This document shows, piece after piece, positions 9,865 to 19,655 of a stretch of DNA of 64,000 nt (positions are counted from its first letter, which is position 1; each line of letters starts with the position of its first letter). The notes beneath the pieces were generated by a model. The model saw nothing but the letters and a program-made list of their open reading frames with translations, ran no database searches and was not told the DNA's origin. The DNA is taken from the NCBI GenBank assembly GCA_963701665.1, contig OY969622.1:1024001-1088000 (forward strand), read 5' to 3'. Origin of the DNA: Candidatus Babeliales bacterium (lineage in GTDB: Bacteria > Babelota > Babeliae > Babelales > JANWKD01). Both the position numbers and the translations under genes were made by a program.

Positions 9865-10902
9865 TTACATTGCTTTCATTGGAGCAGCAGCTCTAGTTGG
9901 CATCTCTTGTTGTGCAACCATTTCTGGTTCTGGTGCGGTTGTTTTCTTTTTGCGTTCAAAATAATCTTTGTTAACAGAAACTTTATAATCTTGCGCTAAT
10001 TTTTCTAACTCTTTATTTAATGCTTCAGCTATTTTTTGCTGTTTGAGCATATTTTCAATGCCAGCTTTTACATCTTCAAAAGGAACATACTGTGGTTCTT
10101 TTTTGCCTGTCGCTTTTACAACAGCAAATGATGTACTGTTAACTTCAATTAACTCTATTGATGGGAACTTCTTAAATTCAAGAAGTTTCTTTCTAATAGC
10201 GCCATCTACATTGAAGCTTTGATTGCCAACTTCGCCAAAATCTTTCACCGGAAGATTTGCATCTTTTGCTGCAGTTTCAAAACTTACAGCGCCATCTTTT
10301 ACTTTATCATAGAAGGCTTGCGCGGCATCTTTAGAATCGAACATCACGCCTTGCGCTGTAACGCCGCCTTGGGAAAGCATCAACTGAGGAATGCTGTTTT
10401 TGTTGTCATTATAATATTGTCTGACTTCAGCATCGGTGACTTTTACTGGATATGCTTCTTGGAAATATTTAACATTCAAACTACGACGAGCAAACTTGCG
10501 AATTTTTTCTTCATCTTTTAGGTATTCAGGTTTCTTATCAATGCCATTCTTTTCAACCCATTCAGCAAGTACGAGCTCATTTTTTAAACCATCAAAAATT
10601 TGCTCTTCTGCACCTGGCATCATTTCAAACACAGCTTTATATTGAGGTTGTGCTTCTAGAAACTCATTAATGTAATCTTCAAAATCTTTGACCGTTGCTT
10701 TAGGCGTTTTACCATCATACATAGTAATAAGTACTTCTTCATTCCCACCTTTTGGCGCACTCATCGGCATTGATGTGCTTTTATTCTCCATCTTCATGTC
10801 TGTTGCAGATTCTTTTGTCTCTTTTGATTCAAATAAACTGCATTGAGGGAGTATAGCAAGTGAGGCGAGTGCAATCATAAAGACATACTGTTGTTTTTTC
10901 AT
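9865..10902 (-). CDS. PrsA/PpiC-type peptidyl-prolyl isomerase, probable lipoprotein
   Basis: Lipobox-like LAILPQC, 'VTDAEVRQYYNDNK', 'SFETAAK', 'PFEDVKAGIE' parvulin-foldase features. Confidence 0.8.
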   Translation of the reverse strand: MKKQQYVFMIALASLAILPQCSLFESKETKESATDMKMENKSTSMPMSAPKGGNEEVLITMYDGKTPKATVKDFEDYINEFLEAQPQYKAVFEMMPGAEEQIFDGLKNELVLAEWVEKNGIDKKPEYLKDEEKIRKFARRSLNVKYFQEAYPVKVTDAEVRQYYNDNKNSIPQLMLSQGGVTAQGVMFDSKDAAQAFYDKVKDGAVSFETAAKDANLPVKDFGEVGNQSFNVDGAIRKKLLEFKKFPSIELIEVNSTSFAVVKATGKKEPQYVPFEDVKAGIENMLKQQKIAEALNKELEKLAQDYKVSVNKDYFERKKKTTAPEPEMVAQQEMPTRAAAPMKAM

Positions 10903-11142
10903 TTGTATTCCTTGTCGTGAAGGGGGGTTACTAATGTTTAATCCTTTTTTTGCTAGAGTAGCATATATCGATGTTTCTTGCAAAACTGCTGTTCGCTCAC
11001 ACAATTAGCATGCTCAAAATTTATGGTCCATTTCTTCAAATTTTAACTTCATGAAATAGTTTACTTTTTAGGCAAGTGATATTAGAATTGCTGCAATTTA
11101 TACATCAAATTTTTCTAACAATTCTAAACAATAGGATAGGCA

Positions 11143-12531
11143 ATGCAGCTTCAAACTCTTCTTAATTCCAAAAACACCGATACACCATTAGCTTTAACAT
11201 TTTTATTCCGCGCCACCTTAGTTTTCAGCTTGTGGTGTAGTGCAACATACTGCATGGAAGACCCGCTTAATGTAAAACAGAAATTACCAACAGGTTCTAA
11301 TAAAAATTCTGGTATCAAAAAAGAACTTATAGGTCTAATACAAAGTTTAAAACAGGAACAAAATGGCCTTATAGGCTCAGCTCAATTTGGTGTTGAAAGG
11401 GAAGAAGATCAAGAACCTTTAAGAAGTGAATTGGTTGAAGAACTCATTAATGAAAGCCCTCATCGAATAAAAAAACTTATTAGTGATATCAATAAAAGAC
11501 AAAATCCTGACGATTTATTTCAGAAAGCTCCTTATATGAGCAATATACATGTTTTAGTCGGTTCTCCAGGAACTGGTAAAAGCAGTCTAGCAAAGGCTAT
11601 TGCAAAAAAATGTTCTATACCTTACCTTTTTGTCGCGATTCAATTGTTATCAAATCAATATCAGCATTCTGGCTCAAGCAATCTTGCAAGTATTCTTGGC
11701 CCCTTATCAAGGAGTAAAAAGCCCGAGGTAATTATACTGGATGAGCTACAGACAATTGTCAAAAAAAGAGGTAAAGAAGATTACGATATGGAAGGCGCTC
11801 AATCATTGTGGAAATTCCTTGATACTTTTAAAAACAAAAAAAATTTATTAATCATCGCCACTGCAAATGATCTTGATATTTTACCTGATCAAGTCCGTAG
11901 TCGCATCAAAGTAGGAATACACGACATAAGTCTTCCCGATCAATCTAAAAGAGAAAAAATTATTTCTTATTATTTACATCTTTATTCGCCTTCCTTGCAA
12001 GCTGTTCCCTCACCATCTGAAATTCAGTTTTTAGGATATAAAACCAAAAAATTCACACCGCGTGACTTAGAAACCATGATACGAGCCGCATTATCCAATG
12101 CTCACGACCGTTCAGGCGATGAAATTTTAGTTCTTGATAAAAAAGACTTTGATGCCGCTATTGCACTGGTAACAAAAGATGATGAAAGATTTTCAATCTC
12201 TAAAAGAACTTACAAAATGATTAAGCCACATATAGGAACTACTATTCAAATTATGGGCCCACTAACCATACAAATAATAGTCAATAGTTTTATGCAATAT
12301 TGCGGCATGAATCAACAAGTCCTGTTTCATAACGAAAGCATAGGGTTGCAAAGAGAGGGATTAGACTTACAAAAGAAAAGCTTTGCACAACAAGAGAGAT
12401 TCCACAATGAAAACAAAAATCTCACCTTGGAACATTTCAGAACACAGCTCATATGTCAAATTGTAGGCAATATACCTGGAGCTATTTATCATTGGTATTA
12501 TGGTAGTTCCACTCAACCAAAACCCCAATAA
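11143..12531 (+). CDS. AAA+ ATPase with an N-terminal signal-like segment
   Basis: Walker A GSPGTGKS, Walker B IILDE, IIATAN, SR finger, FTPRDLE. Hydrophobic N-segment ending TYC|MED. Confidence 0.85.
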   Translation: MQLQTLLNSKNTDTPLALTFLFRATLVFSLWCSATYCMEDPLNVKQKLPTGSNKNSGIKKELIGLIQSLKQEQNGLIGSAQFGVEREEDQEPLRSELVEELINESPHRIKKLISDINKRQNPDDLFQKAPYMSNIHVLVGSPGTGKSSLAKAIAKKCSIPYLFVAIQLLSNQYQHSGSSNLASILGPLSRSKKPEVIILDELQTIVKKRGKEDYDMEGAQSLWKFLDTFKNKKNLLIIATANDLDILPDQVRSRIKVGIHDISLPDQSKREKIISYYLHLYSPSLQAVPSPSEIQFLGYKTKKFTPRDLETMIRAALSNAHDRSGDEILVLDKKDFDAAIALVTKDDERFSISKRTYKMIKPHIGTTIQIMGPLTIQIIVNSFMQYCGMNQQVLFHNESIGLQREGLDLQKKSFAQQERFHNENKNLTLEHFRTQLICQIVGNIPGAIYHWYYGSSTQPKPQ

Positions 12532-12558
12532 CCAAAATTACTCTTGAATACATATTTT

Positions 12559-15500
12559 ATGAAAACATTCAAACTATATTCTATCTTTGCCATTTTTGCG
12601 TATCTAACCTCAACTGCCATGGATAACAAAATAGTTATCCATGGACCTACTTACGATACTGATAATGAACAAAGAAAATTCATTACTCCTTTTCAACGAA
12701 ATACCGCAGCAAATTTTATTCCGCCTGAAAGAGATATTATTGCTATCCCAACATCATCCAAAATCAATACGGCACTTTCAGCAATACAGTGCATAGCATC
12801 ATTAGAACAGGCACATTTAGAACAACAATTTAATACGTGTGTTGATATATTAAGCCAAGCAAATCTTTCCGAGTCAATAAGTGCTATTTTATCTCTTGGT
12901 GATCTTCAATTTCAACGGTGCAACATACTTGATGAATCTTCTGTTGAATATCAGTATTATTTGAAAACAACAATTAATGACCTCAATTATATTCTATATG
13001 ATAAAACAGGCTCTCTTCAATTAACATCAATACCTTCTCAGCAATATGACTCTGCAAAAGTAATAACCGATGACTTTTTAAAACCATTACGGCCAGACGA
13101 TTATAAAGAAATTGTAGAAAAGCTTGCTTTGTTAAATCGACCAGGATTTGCAGAAGTTCATCAAGAACTGACACAAGGAGGTATACGGCCATACTTCCGC
13201 GCATTAGGTAGAGGAATTTCTGCATGTTTCTCTTATCAAGAATCATCTGATAGGTTGAGAAAACTCATCAATGGCAATGATGTTAGAAAAGATCTTATAA
13301 AAATTAAGGAATATGGAGAACAATTCAAATTTTTGCAAGCAAAGGCTATTGTTGAAAAATATGATAATGCTCAATCATCAAGTGATAAAAAAATAGCTGA
13401 TATTGCTCAACAACTTTATCTTGAATATATAGACAAGACATATGATCTTTTGATCGAGAGACTTCACTTAACACCATCACAAGAATTAAAACAAGAATTA
13501 CGTGACCTCATACCTTATATAGTTGAAAAACCCGCAAAAGCAGCCGAACTCTTTTATGAAAAATTAGAACAATACAAAAATAATGAAAAACAATATGGAC
13601 TTTTACAACAGCTCATCAATAAGGTTGGATTACCTAAATTTTATAGCTATGATCGTACATGTTTAAATGCTATCGAAATTCCCACTACTATTCGTGATAG
13701 CAATCACATCAAAGAACAACAAACATTATTTTCACTTGCGACATGTCCCACACATGACAAAGAAGCCCTTGCTTTAGGAATGAGATATGTTGTTAGATCA
13801 TGCCAAACCGAATCATCATTATACACTCATTATGCCAAAGCACTGCTTCATAGCGTTCAATCAAAAGATCCCGATACGAAACTTTTGAAATGTACCGATT
13901 TTACTCAAACATTTGACGTCAAAGCAAAACAGGATATGATCCGTCGAATGATTCCTGCCATCTGCAACATAACAAATGAGATTAACCAACTCAAACAGCA
14001 ACCAGGATCAGAAGAACGCATTAAGCAATTACAATCACTACGAACAACACTACATGATGCATTCCAAGCTTTGGATGATACAGCATCGAAACGAATATCA
14101 TTTAATAAGGTAATAAGTGAGGCAATACGCGAACTCAATGTACTTAATCGTTCGGAGATGATCCTCACAAAATCACAAGAAGATCTGCGTGCTTTACTGC
14201 AAAGCGTTGACCTTCTTTATACAGGAAAAACAGAAACACATAATCTTCAAGTATTGCAAAAATTACAACCTCAATCTAGCCATGCTCAACCTGATTTAAG
14301 CAAAACCTATGAGCAGTATTTGATGCGGGAGACACTTGATAATAAAGATTTATGGACTGAGGCGAATGACTCTCTGCGCAATGAGGTTATTAAGCACTAT
14401 ATAGCATCATCACAAGATGAGGCTCTCCAAGAAATAGAAACAATTATTTTAAATCGTGATACCAATTGCACCATAGCTAAAAATATTTTTACTGTTATTC
14501 AAGATAGCGCTACAATAATCGCAACTGATTTTCCTCTCAAAGAAATTGGTGATTATGCTCATGAAACGATTACTCATCCAACAGCATATTTATTAAATAT
14601 CGCAAAAGATTTTGCACAACTAGGTCATTTTCTGAAATCATTTGTTTCTGATTATGCAAAAAATAATATCGCTTCTTTAGGTGCAAGCAAAAAAGATGCT
14701 TATGAATTTAGCAAAAAATATAATGAGGCTGTTCATAAATTTGCTGAAGGCTGGAAAAACTTAAGCCTAGAGCATAAAAAGGAATTTGTAGCAAAGCTAA
14801 TCGTTGATCTTGCTGCAAATAAAGCATTAGGCATTGGCGCTAAACTTATCAGCAACATTATGGGAGACTGCATCATATCATTTGTTGATACACTTCCCCC
14901 TTCAATTTCAGGTGGCGGTGCAGTCGCTATTACACGAGATATCGCTTTAATGCCTGAACTTGTCGCAGAAGTAGCGGAAGTTATTCAAGCAGGTGGGGCA
15001 GCTGTTGGGTCAACGTCAGTGGCAGTTGGTTCAACAGGAATACAAGGTATAGTTACATTGTATGAGACAACCCCAGGTAAAAATAGCAAATCATCAAAAA
15101 TAATACCCCAAGGCTCATATGAATTGCCTATTGAAAAATTCAAAGCATATACAACGATTGTTGAAGATGGTAATCCCAAAATTATTGAAAGTACCTTTAG
15201 TACTGAAGAAGCATTAGAAATTTTGAATAATTCTTCGGAATTAAAAATGTTAAATTCTCGAATCGAAGAATTAAAGAAAGCAACACAGGATATCAGATTC
15301 GGAATTTCAGATGAGAGATTCAAAGATGTCCCAAAATTATATGAAAAAGCAATGCATCAAGCTGAACAATTATATGAAAGAGCAAGAAAAAATAATAACG
15401 ATATTCAAAAAATTGCCTACAATATTGGTATATCTGAAAAAGTAATAGAAAAAATTAAAAATCATATTTTTATTGAAGAACATATTCTCGGTCATGGCAA

Positions 15501-15708
15501 CGAACAATTTTTATCAAAATTTTTGACTGATATTGATATTGCCGAAAGTTGGGAACGACTTATAAATGGTAATTTTGTACAATCAGATTTGATTTTGTTA
15601 CAGCACGAATTAACCGAATCACTCCTGATGCAAGGAACAAAATTAAATTATGGTTCTGCTCATTATAAAATCGTAAATAAAATATTTAATTGGAATGCTA
15701 CCTTGTAA
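12559..15708 (+). CDS. Large secreted protein, candidate polymorphic toxin
   Basis: Signal peptide (STA|MDN), long helical body, Gly/Ala-rich hydrophobic linker, C-terminal domain KIAYN..IKNHIF..H..AESWERL..G..DLILLQHELTE..AH. Confidence 0.7.
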   Translation: MKTFKLYSIFAIFAYLTSTAMDNKIVIHGPTYDTDNEQRKFITPFQRNTAANFIPPERDIIAIPTSSKINTALSAIQCIASLEQAHLEQQFNTCVDILSQANLSESISAILSLGDLQFQRCNILDESSVEYQYYLKTTINDLNYILYDKTGSLQLTSIPSQQYDSAKVITDDFLKPLRPDDYKEIVEKLALLNRPGFAEVHQELTQGGIRPYFRALGRGISACFSYQESSDRLRKLINGNDVRKDLIKIKEYGEQFKFLQAKAIVEKYDNAQSSSDKKIADIAQQLYLEYIDKTYDLLIERLHLTPSQELKQELRDLIPYIVEKPAKAAELFYEKLEQYKNNEKQYGLLQQLINKVGLPKFYSYDRTCLNAIEIPTTIRDSNHIKEQQTLFSLATCPTHDKEALALGMRYVVRSCQTESSLYTHYAKALLHSVQSKDPDTKLLKCTDFTQTFDVKAKQDMIRRMIPAICNITNEINQLKQQPGSEERIKQLQSLRTTLHDAFQALDDTASKRISFNKVISEAIRELNVLNRSEMILTKSQEDLRALLQSVDLLYTGKTETHNLQVLQKLQPQSSHAQPDLSKTYEQYLMRETLDNKDLWTEANDSLRNEVIKHYIASSQDEALQEIETIILNRDTNCTIAKNIFTVIQDSATIIATDFPLKEIGDYAHETITHPTAYLLNIAKDFAQLGHFLKSFVSDYAKNNIASLGASKKDAYEFSKKYNEAVHKFAEGWKNLSLEHKKEFVAKLIVDLAANKALGIGAKLISNIMGDCIISFVDTLPPSISGGGAVAITRDIALMPELVAEVAEVIQAGGAAVGSTSVAVGSTGIQGIVTLYETTPGKNSKSSKIIPQGSYELPIEKFKAYTTIVEDGNPKIIESTFSTEEALEILNNSSELKMLNSRIEELKKATQDIRFGISDERFKDVPKLYEKAMHQAEQLYERARKNNNDIQKIAYNIGISEKVIEKIKNHIFIEEHILGHGNEQFLSKFLTDIDIAESWERLINGNFVQSDLILLQHELTESLLMQGTKLNYGSAHYKIVNKIFNWNATL

Positions 15709-15719
15709 TTGGAGTTAAT

Positions 15720-16031
15720 ATGGGAAAAGGAATAGATATCATAAAATATAAAAGCTCAAATAATATTCATTATTACTATATAGCATTTGGTGATTTAATT
15801 CCTGTGTTTTATATAGCCATTAATCCCATTAAAAATACTGTTTCATTTTTTAAAGATAATGATTTTGCTCAAGAACCAATAGGGATCATTGATTTTAACA
15901 ATCCAGATCCTTTTAAATCGATACCAAAAATTCCTGATGTACACAAAAATTATATTTTAATGACAATTACTAGGGCGCGTTTAGCGATAAACAAAGGAGA
16001 ATTTCATGATTATATCGGCTTTTCAAGTTAA
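15720..16031 (+). CDS. Small protein, candidate immunity protein
   Basis: 103-aa ORF 11 bp after the large ORF, GGAG SD, no signal peptide, C-terminal KGEFHDYIGFSS. Confidence 0.6.
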   Translation: MGKGIDIIKYKSSNNIHYYYIAFGDLIPVFYIAINPIKNTVSFFKDNDFAQEPIGIIDFNNPDPFKSIPKIPDVHKNYILMTITRARLAINKGEFHDYIGFSS

Positions 16032-16148
16032 GTGGACCTAATTCAATACTATTTTTTAAAGATAATTCATCCAATATATTCAAAATATTCTAATGAAGAA
16101 TACACATATCTTTTTGATATACCCATTATGATTACAAAAGAGTAAACA

Positions 16149-17090
16149 ATGAAAGCACCTAAAATAATTCAACCGACAGTTAGCATAGATTGTGACTGTT
16201 GGTGCACTTCGAAACTGGCCGTTGAAAACAATAAATTTTATTTCGGTACCTTCGGTGGTACACTCAATTTTGGAGATATTAAGACTAAAAATATTATTGA
16301 AACTCCTACTAAAGAACAAATCGAATCAGTCGCAGTATATAAAGATTATGTTTTCGCCGCTGGCGACACTTTTATAGGTATGTTTGACAAAGTAACAGGT
16401 AAACTATTATATGAATTTCCCCAAGGACATTTGGGATGTATTCATGGCTTGATTACGTACAAAAATACTTTAATATCTGGATCCGATGAAATTAAAATTT
16501 GGGATTTAGAAACTAAAAAATGCTTGGCAACCTTAGAATGCTCTAGAGAATTAGTACAATCTCTTATTATAAAAGATAACTTTCTGATTTCTGGTCATGA
16601 TAAAGGAGTCATTAGAATATGGAATCTTATTTCAAAAGAATTAGTTCAAATATTGCATGAACATAGTTGGAGTGTTAAATCTCTCGCCATAAATGGTAAT
16701 ACCATCATTTCAGCCACTGGCGATCAAACAATCAAAATATGGGACTTTCATTCTGGAAAATGCCTTAATACTTTAGTTGGCCATAATACACCGATTACAT
16801 CAATTGCTCTACATAAAAATTATCTCTTTTCAAGCTCAGAAGATGCATTACTAAAAATATGGGATTTAAAACAAGGACTGTGTTTAAATAGTTTGAAATT
16901 AGATGACCAAGTTCTTCAACTCGTTGCTGATCAATATTTTTTATATACTATTTCGGACTACTCCTTTTTCCATCAATGGAGGTTAGATGATTTGATTACT
17001 CATGAACCTCTCGAAGCATTAATTCCTAAGGATTATTATGTAGAAAAATCTAGATTAACACATATTTCCTATGTATATAAAGGTGATTAA
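16149..17090 (+). CDS. WD40-repeat protein (eukaryote-like)
   Basis: Canonical GH...SGS.D..IKIWD repeats (EIKIWDL, IRIWNL, DQTIKIWDF, LVGHNTPITS..DALLKIWDL). Confidence 0.9.
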   Translation: MKAPKIIQPTVSIDCDCWCTSKLAVENNKFYFGTFGGTLNFGDIKTKNIIETPTKEQIESVAVYKDYVFAAGDTFIGMFDKVTGKLLYEFPQGHLGCIHGLITYKNTLISGSDEIKIWDLETKKCLATLECSRELVQSLIIKDNFLISGHDKGVIRIWNLISKELVQILHEHSWSVKSLAINGNTIISATGDQTIKIWDFHSGKCLNTLVGHNTPITSIALHKNYLFSSSEDALLKIWDLKQGLCLNSLKLDDQVLQLVADQYFLYTISDYSFFHQWRLDDLITHEPLEALIPKDYYVEKSRLTHISYVYKGD

Positions 17091-17092
17091 TT

Positions 17093-17515
17093 ATGGAAAC
17101 CCAACATTATGTTACTGAAACAATTAAACCTCATACTTATCATTGGACCATAACAATCACCGCACTTATATTCTTGATAAGCTTGTTATATTTTATTTTT
17201 CAATTTTTTCCAACCTATTATCATTTACGCTTAGTTTTTAAAACAGCCGAATATAATTTTACTCTTGGCAATTATACAGAAGCAATAAAAGGATATACCC
17301 TCATTTTAAAAAATTTTAACAGCTTTAAAATGGCAAAAATAAAAAAGGTACAAGGATACTTTCCATTAGGCAAAAAACAAAAAGCGCTAAAATTACTATC
17401 TAATATGGAACTAACTCATAATGATTTAGAGTTATTAAAAAAATATATACCATTTGATTGTCAACATCATTTTCAACCAAAAACGAACATCATAGGATAT
17501 AAAGTCATATGCTAG
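17093..17515 (+). CDS. Membrane-anchored TPR-like protein
   Basis: N-terminal TM helix, TPR-like AEYNFTLGNYTEAIKGY. Confidence 0.6.
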   Translation: METQHYVTETIKPHTYHWTITITALIFLISLLYFIFQFFPTYYHLRLVFKTAEYNFTLGNYTEAIKGYTLILKNFNSFKMAKIKKVQGYFPLGKKQKALKLLSNMELTHNDLELLKKYIPFDCQHHFQPKTNIIGYKVIC

Positions 17516-18036
17516 CACTATTAACATTTCCAGGAATAATCATTCATGAAATTGGGCATAGATTTTTCTGTGATATTCTGAATATAAAAGTTTATGAAGT
17601 CATGTATTTTAATCTTGCACGGGATATTAGTGGTCATGTTATACATGAAATAACCCAAAATGTTCATAAACAATTTCTTATTGCTATGGGTCCTCTTCTT
17701 ATTAATACTTTTTTTTGCATGTTATTCACTTTCCCCTATAGCTTGCCTAACTATTGGTTTGGAGAACAATTAGAATACTCACAATTTATAAATGCATTAT
17801 TTTTAATCATGTATTGGGTAGGATTTAGTGCTGGTGTCCATGCTTTTCCAAGCAATATAGACTTAAACAGCTTAGAAAAAACATCTAAAGAATATTATTC
17901 TGACTCTGTATTAACAAATTCTATCTTAGGAAGCTTACTTAATTTTTTTCGTATAATTGAACCAATAAAATTTTTATTGCAATTGATGTATGCTTTCTCA
18001 ATTAGTCAATTTTTACCATCATTAATATTGCCATAA
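17509..18036 (+). CDS. Putative membrane zinc metalloprotease (HExxH)
   Basis: FPGIIIHEIGH, AMGPL, AFPSNID, several TM segments. Confidence 0.7.
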   Translation: MLALLTFPGIIIHEIGHRFFCDILNIKVYEVMYFNLARDISGHVIHEITQNVHKQFLIAMGPLLINTFFCMLFTFPYSLPNYWFGEQLEYSQFINALFLIMYWVGFSAGVHAFPSNIDLNSLEKTSKEYYSDSVLTNSILGSLLNFFRIIEPIKFLLQLMYAFSISQFLPSLILP

Positions 18037-18127
18037 AAACAAAGCAAAAATATCGTCTCATATTTACTTTTACTAAAAAAAAGATACGATCTTAGCGATT
18101 CACAAACCATAACACAAAAGGATTACC

Positions 18128-18469
18128 ATGAAAGTCTTATTCAGCTTAAAACACACATTTCTTGTTTTAACATTTGTCTTTTTAGTACCTGCAAGCTGTT
18201 CTGCTAGGGTTCAATCACCTATTACTGTTTCTGAAAGCATCGGGTGGACTATAGCAGGCGCAGCATTGATAGCATCAGGACTTTGCATCGTTAACGAAAT
18301 ACCATTAACTTCTCTTGATGAAATTTCTTTGTCATTTCGCAATCAATTAAGTAAAGAAAATCTGAGAAAATTACACCTCGGACGTGCAATACAGGGATAT
18401 ACATTAGCTGGCGTTGGATCAATTATAAGCTTTCTTGGTGTATGTGCATTGATCACCGCCAAAAAATAG
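18128..18469 (+). CDS. Hypothetical membrane protein
   Basis: Signal peptide plus two hydrophobic helices; AAGGA SD. Confidence 0.6.
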   Translation: MKVLFSLKHTFLVLTFVFLVPASCSARVQSPITVSESIGWTIAGAALIASGLCIVNEIPLTSLDEISLSFRNQLSKENLRKLHLGRAIQGYTLAGVGSIISFLGVCALITAKK

Positions 18470-18557
18470 ATAGTGCTATGTTCTACACAGAACAACTATT
18501 GATGCAGATTTCAACGCGAGTAGTGCCTCATCCAGCAGCTATGTTGACTATAAAAAA

Positions 18558-18613
18558 TTAAAGGTCATGAAGAACAATATAACATTTTATACGGTTCTAA
18601 TCATGACCCTTAA
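18558..18613. terminator. Inverted repeat between convergent genes
   Basis: TTAAAGGTCATGA-AGAAC ... GTTCT-AA-TCATGACCCTTAA. Confidence 0.45.
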
Positions 18614-18629
18614 TGTACAACAATTAAAA

Positions 18630-19655
18630 TTACTTTAATTCACACTCTTTTACTTCAGCTTCACTAAACCTTTTAATGATGTAGGCAATTTCCTGCACAA
18701 CTTCTTCAGGCAATAAACCATAATCTTCTGCAATTTTCTCAACACGGTAACTGAGGTCCCAAAATGGGATATCCGCCCATTGCCTCTTCCATTGTCCCAT
18801 ACAAACATTTGCTTTCATCGCATCTAATTGATCACAACGATGTTTTACCCTGGTTGATGCATCACTATGTTTGTTGTTAAAGCACACATATTCAATGAAT
18901 GAATTTTCTTTTGTATGCAATCGATCTATTTCTTTTGTGACCGCTTTTTTAAAAACACTTTCAGAGGAATTTTTTTGTAAGATAAGTATTCTCTTTTTCA
19001 TAGACTCTAGTTCTTGCTCTAACTCCGATCGAGAACATTTTAATTCGTCATTACATAATTTTTCAACCTCCTCCAGCACATGATCAAGTCTGTTCTCAGC
19101 TTTCCCACACATATCTTTCACTGCCGCCCTATAAAAATCTTCAGAATTTGCTTCGTGGCTTAAAATTCTCCGATGAACATCATCAGTATTATTTTCTACA
19201 TAAGGGTGCACAGCACAATATAAAAAAAAATTCAAACGGGAACAATGATCATCTTGCGATAGCTTAGATGGTGAACCTTCTTTTAAAAAATTTATTCTAG
19301 GCGTACATGCTTTTCCAACTTTTGAGTCTTCATCGTAGAGTGTATCAAAACTACATTCTTCAACATCGTGTTTTCTTAACATTTCTTTAGCCATATGTTC
19401 TTTAGCAATAAGTGATAAAGGACGTACCGGACGCACCTTTCTTAAAGATGATTGGTTTTCTGTTTGGCTAGATTTCTCGAAATTTTCTTGTGTTTCACGA
19501 TTAGCAGATTTTTCTTCTTGTACCTGTTGCACGCCTTCAGTTTTTTCATAAGCTCTCTGCGCTGCCTTGAGCCATTTATCTGCATCATCCTGCATGGCAT
19601 TCAGCGATGTAACAAAAATAATAGTCGGCAGTATAATTTTATACATGCGTTGCAT
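18630..19655 (-). CDS. Array gene 7: shared N-terminal module fused to an unrelated non-ankyrin helical domain
   Basis: MQRMYKII..LNA|MQDDADKWLKAAQRAYEKTEGVQQV, then a divergent sequence with PLSLIAKEHM. Start inferred from the conserved 17-bp overlap. Confidence 0.8.
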   Translation of the reverse strand: MQRMYKIILPTIIFVTSLNAMQDDADKWLKAAQRAYEKTEGVQQVQEEKSANRETQENFEKSSQTENQSSLRKVRPVRPLSLIAKEHMAKEMLRKHDVEECSFDTLYDEDSKVGKACTPRINFLKEGSPSKLSQDDHCSRLNFFLYCAVHPYVENNTDDVHRRILSHEANSEDFYRAAVKDMCGKAENRLDHVLEEVEKLCNDELKCSRSELEQELESMKKRILILQKNSSESVFKKAVTKEIDRLHTKENSFIEYVCFNNKHSDASTRVKHRCDQLDAMKANVCMGQWKRQWADIPFWDLSYRVEKIAEDYGLLPEEVVQEIAYIIKRFSEAEVKECELK

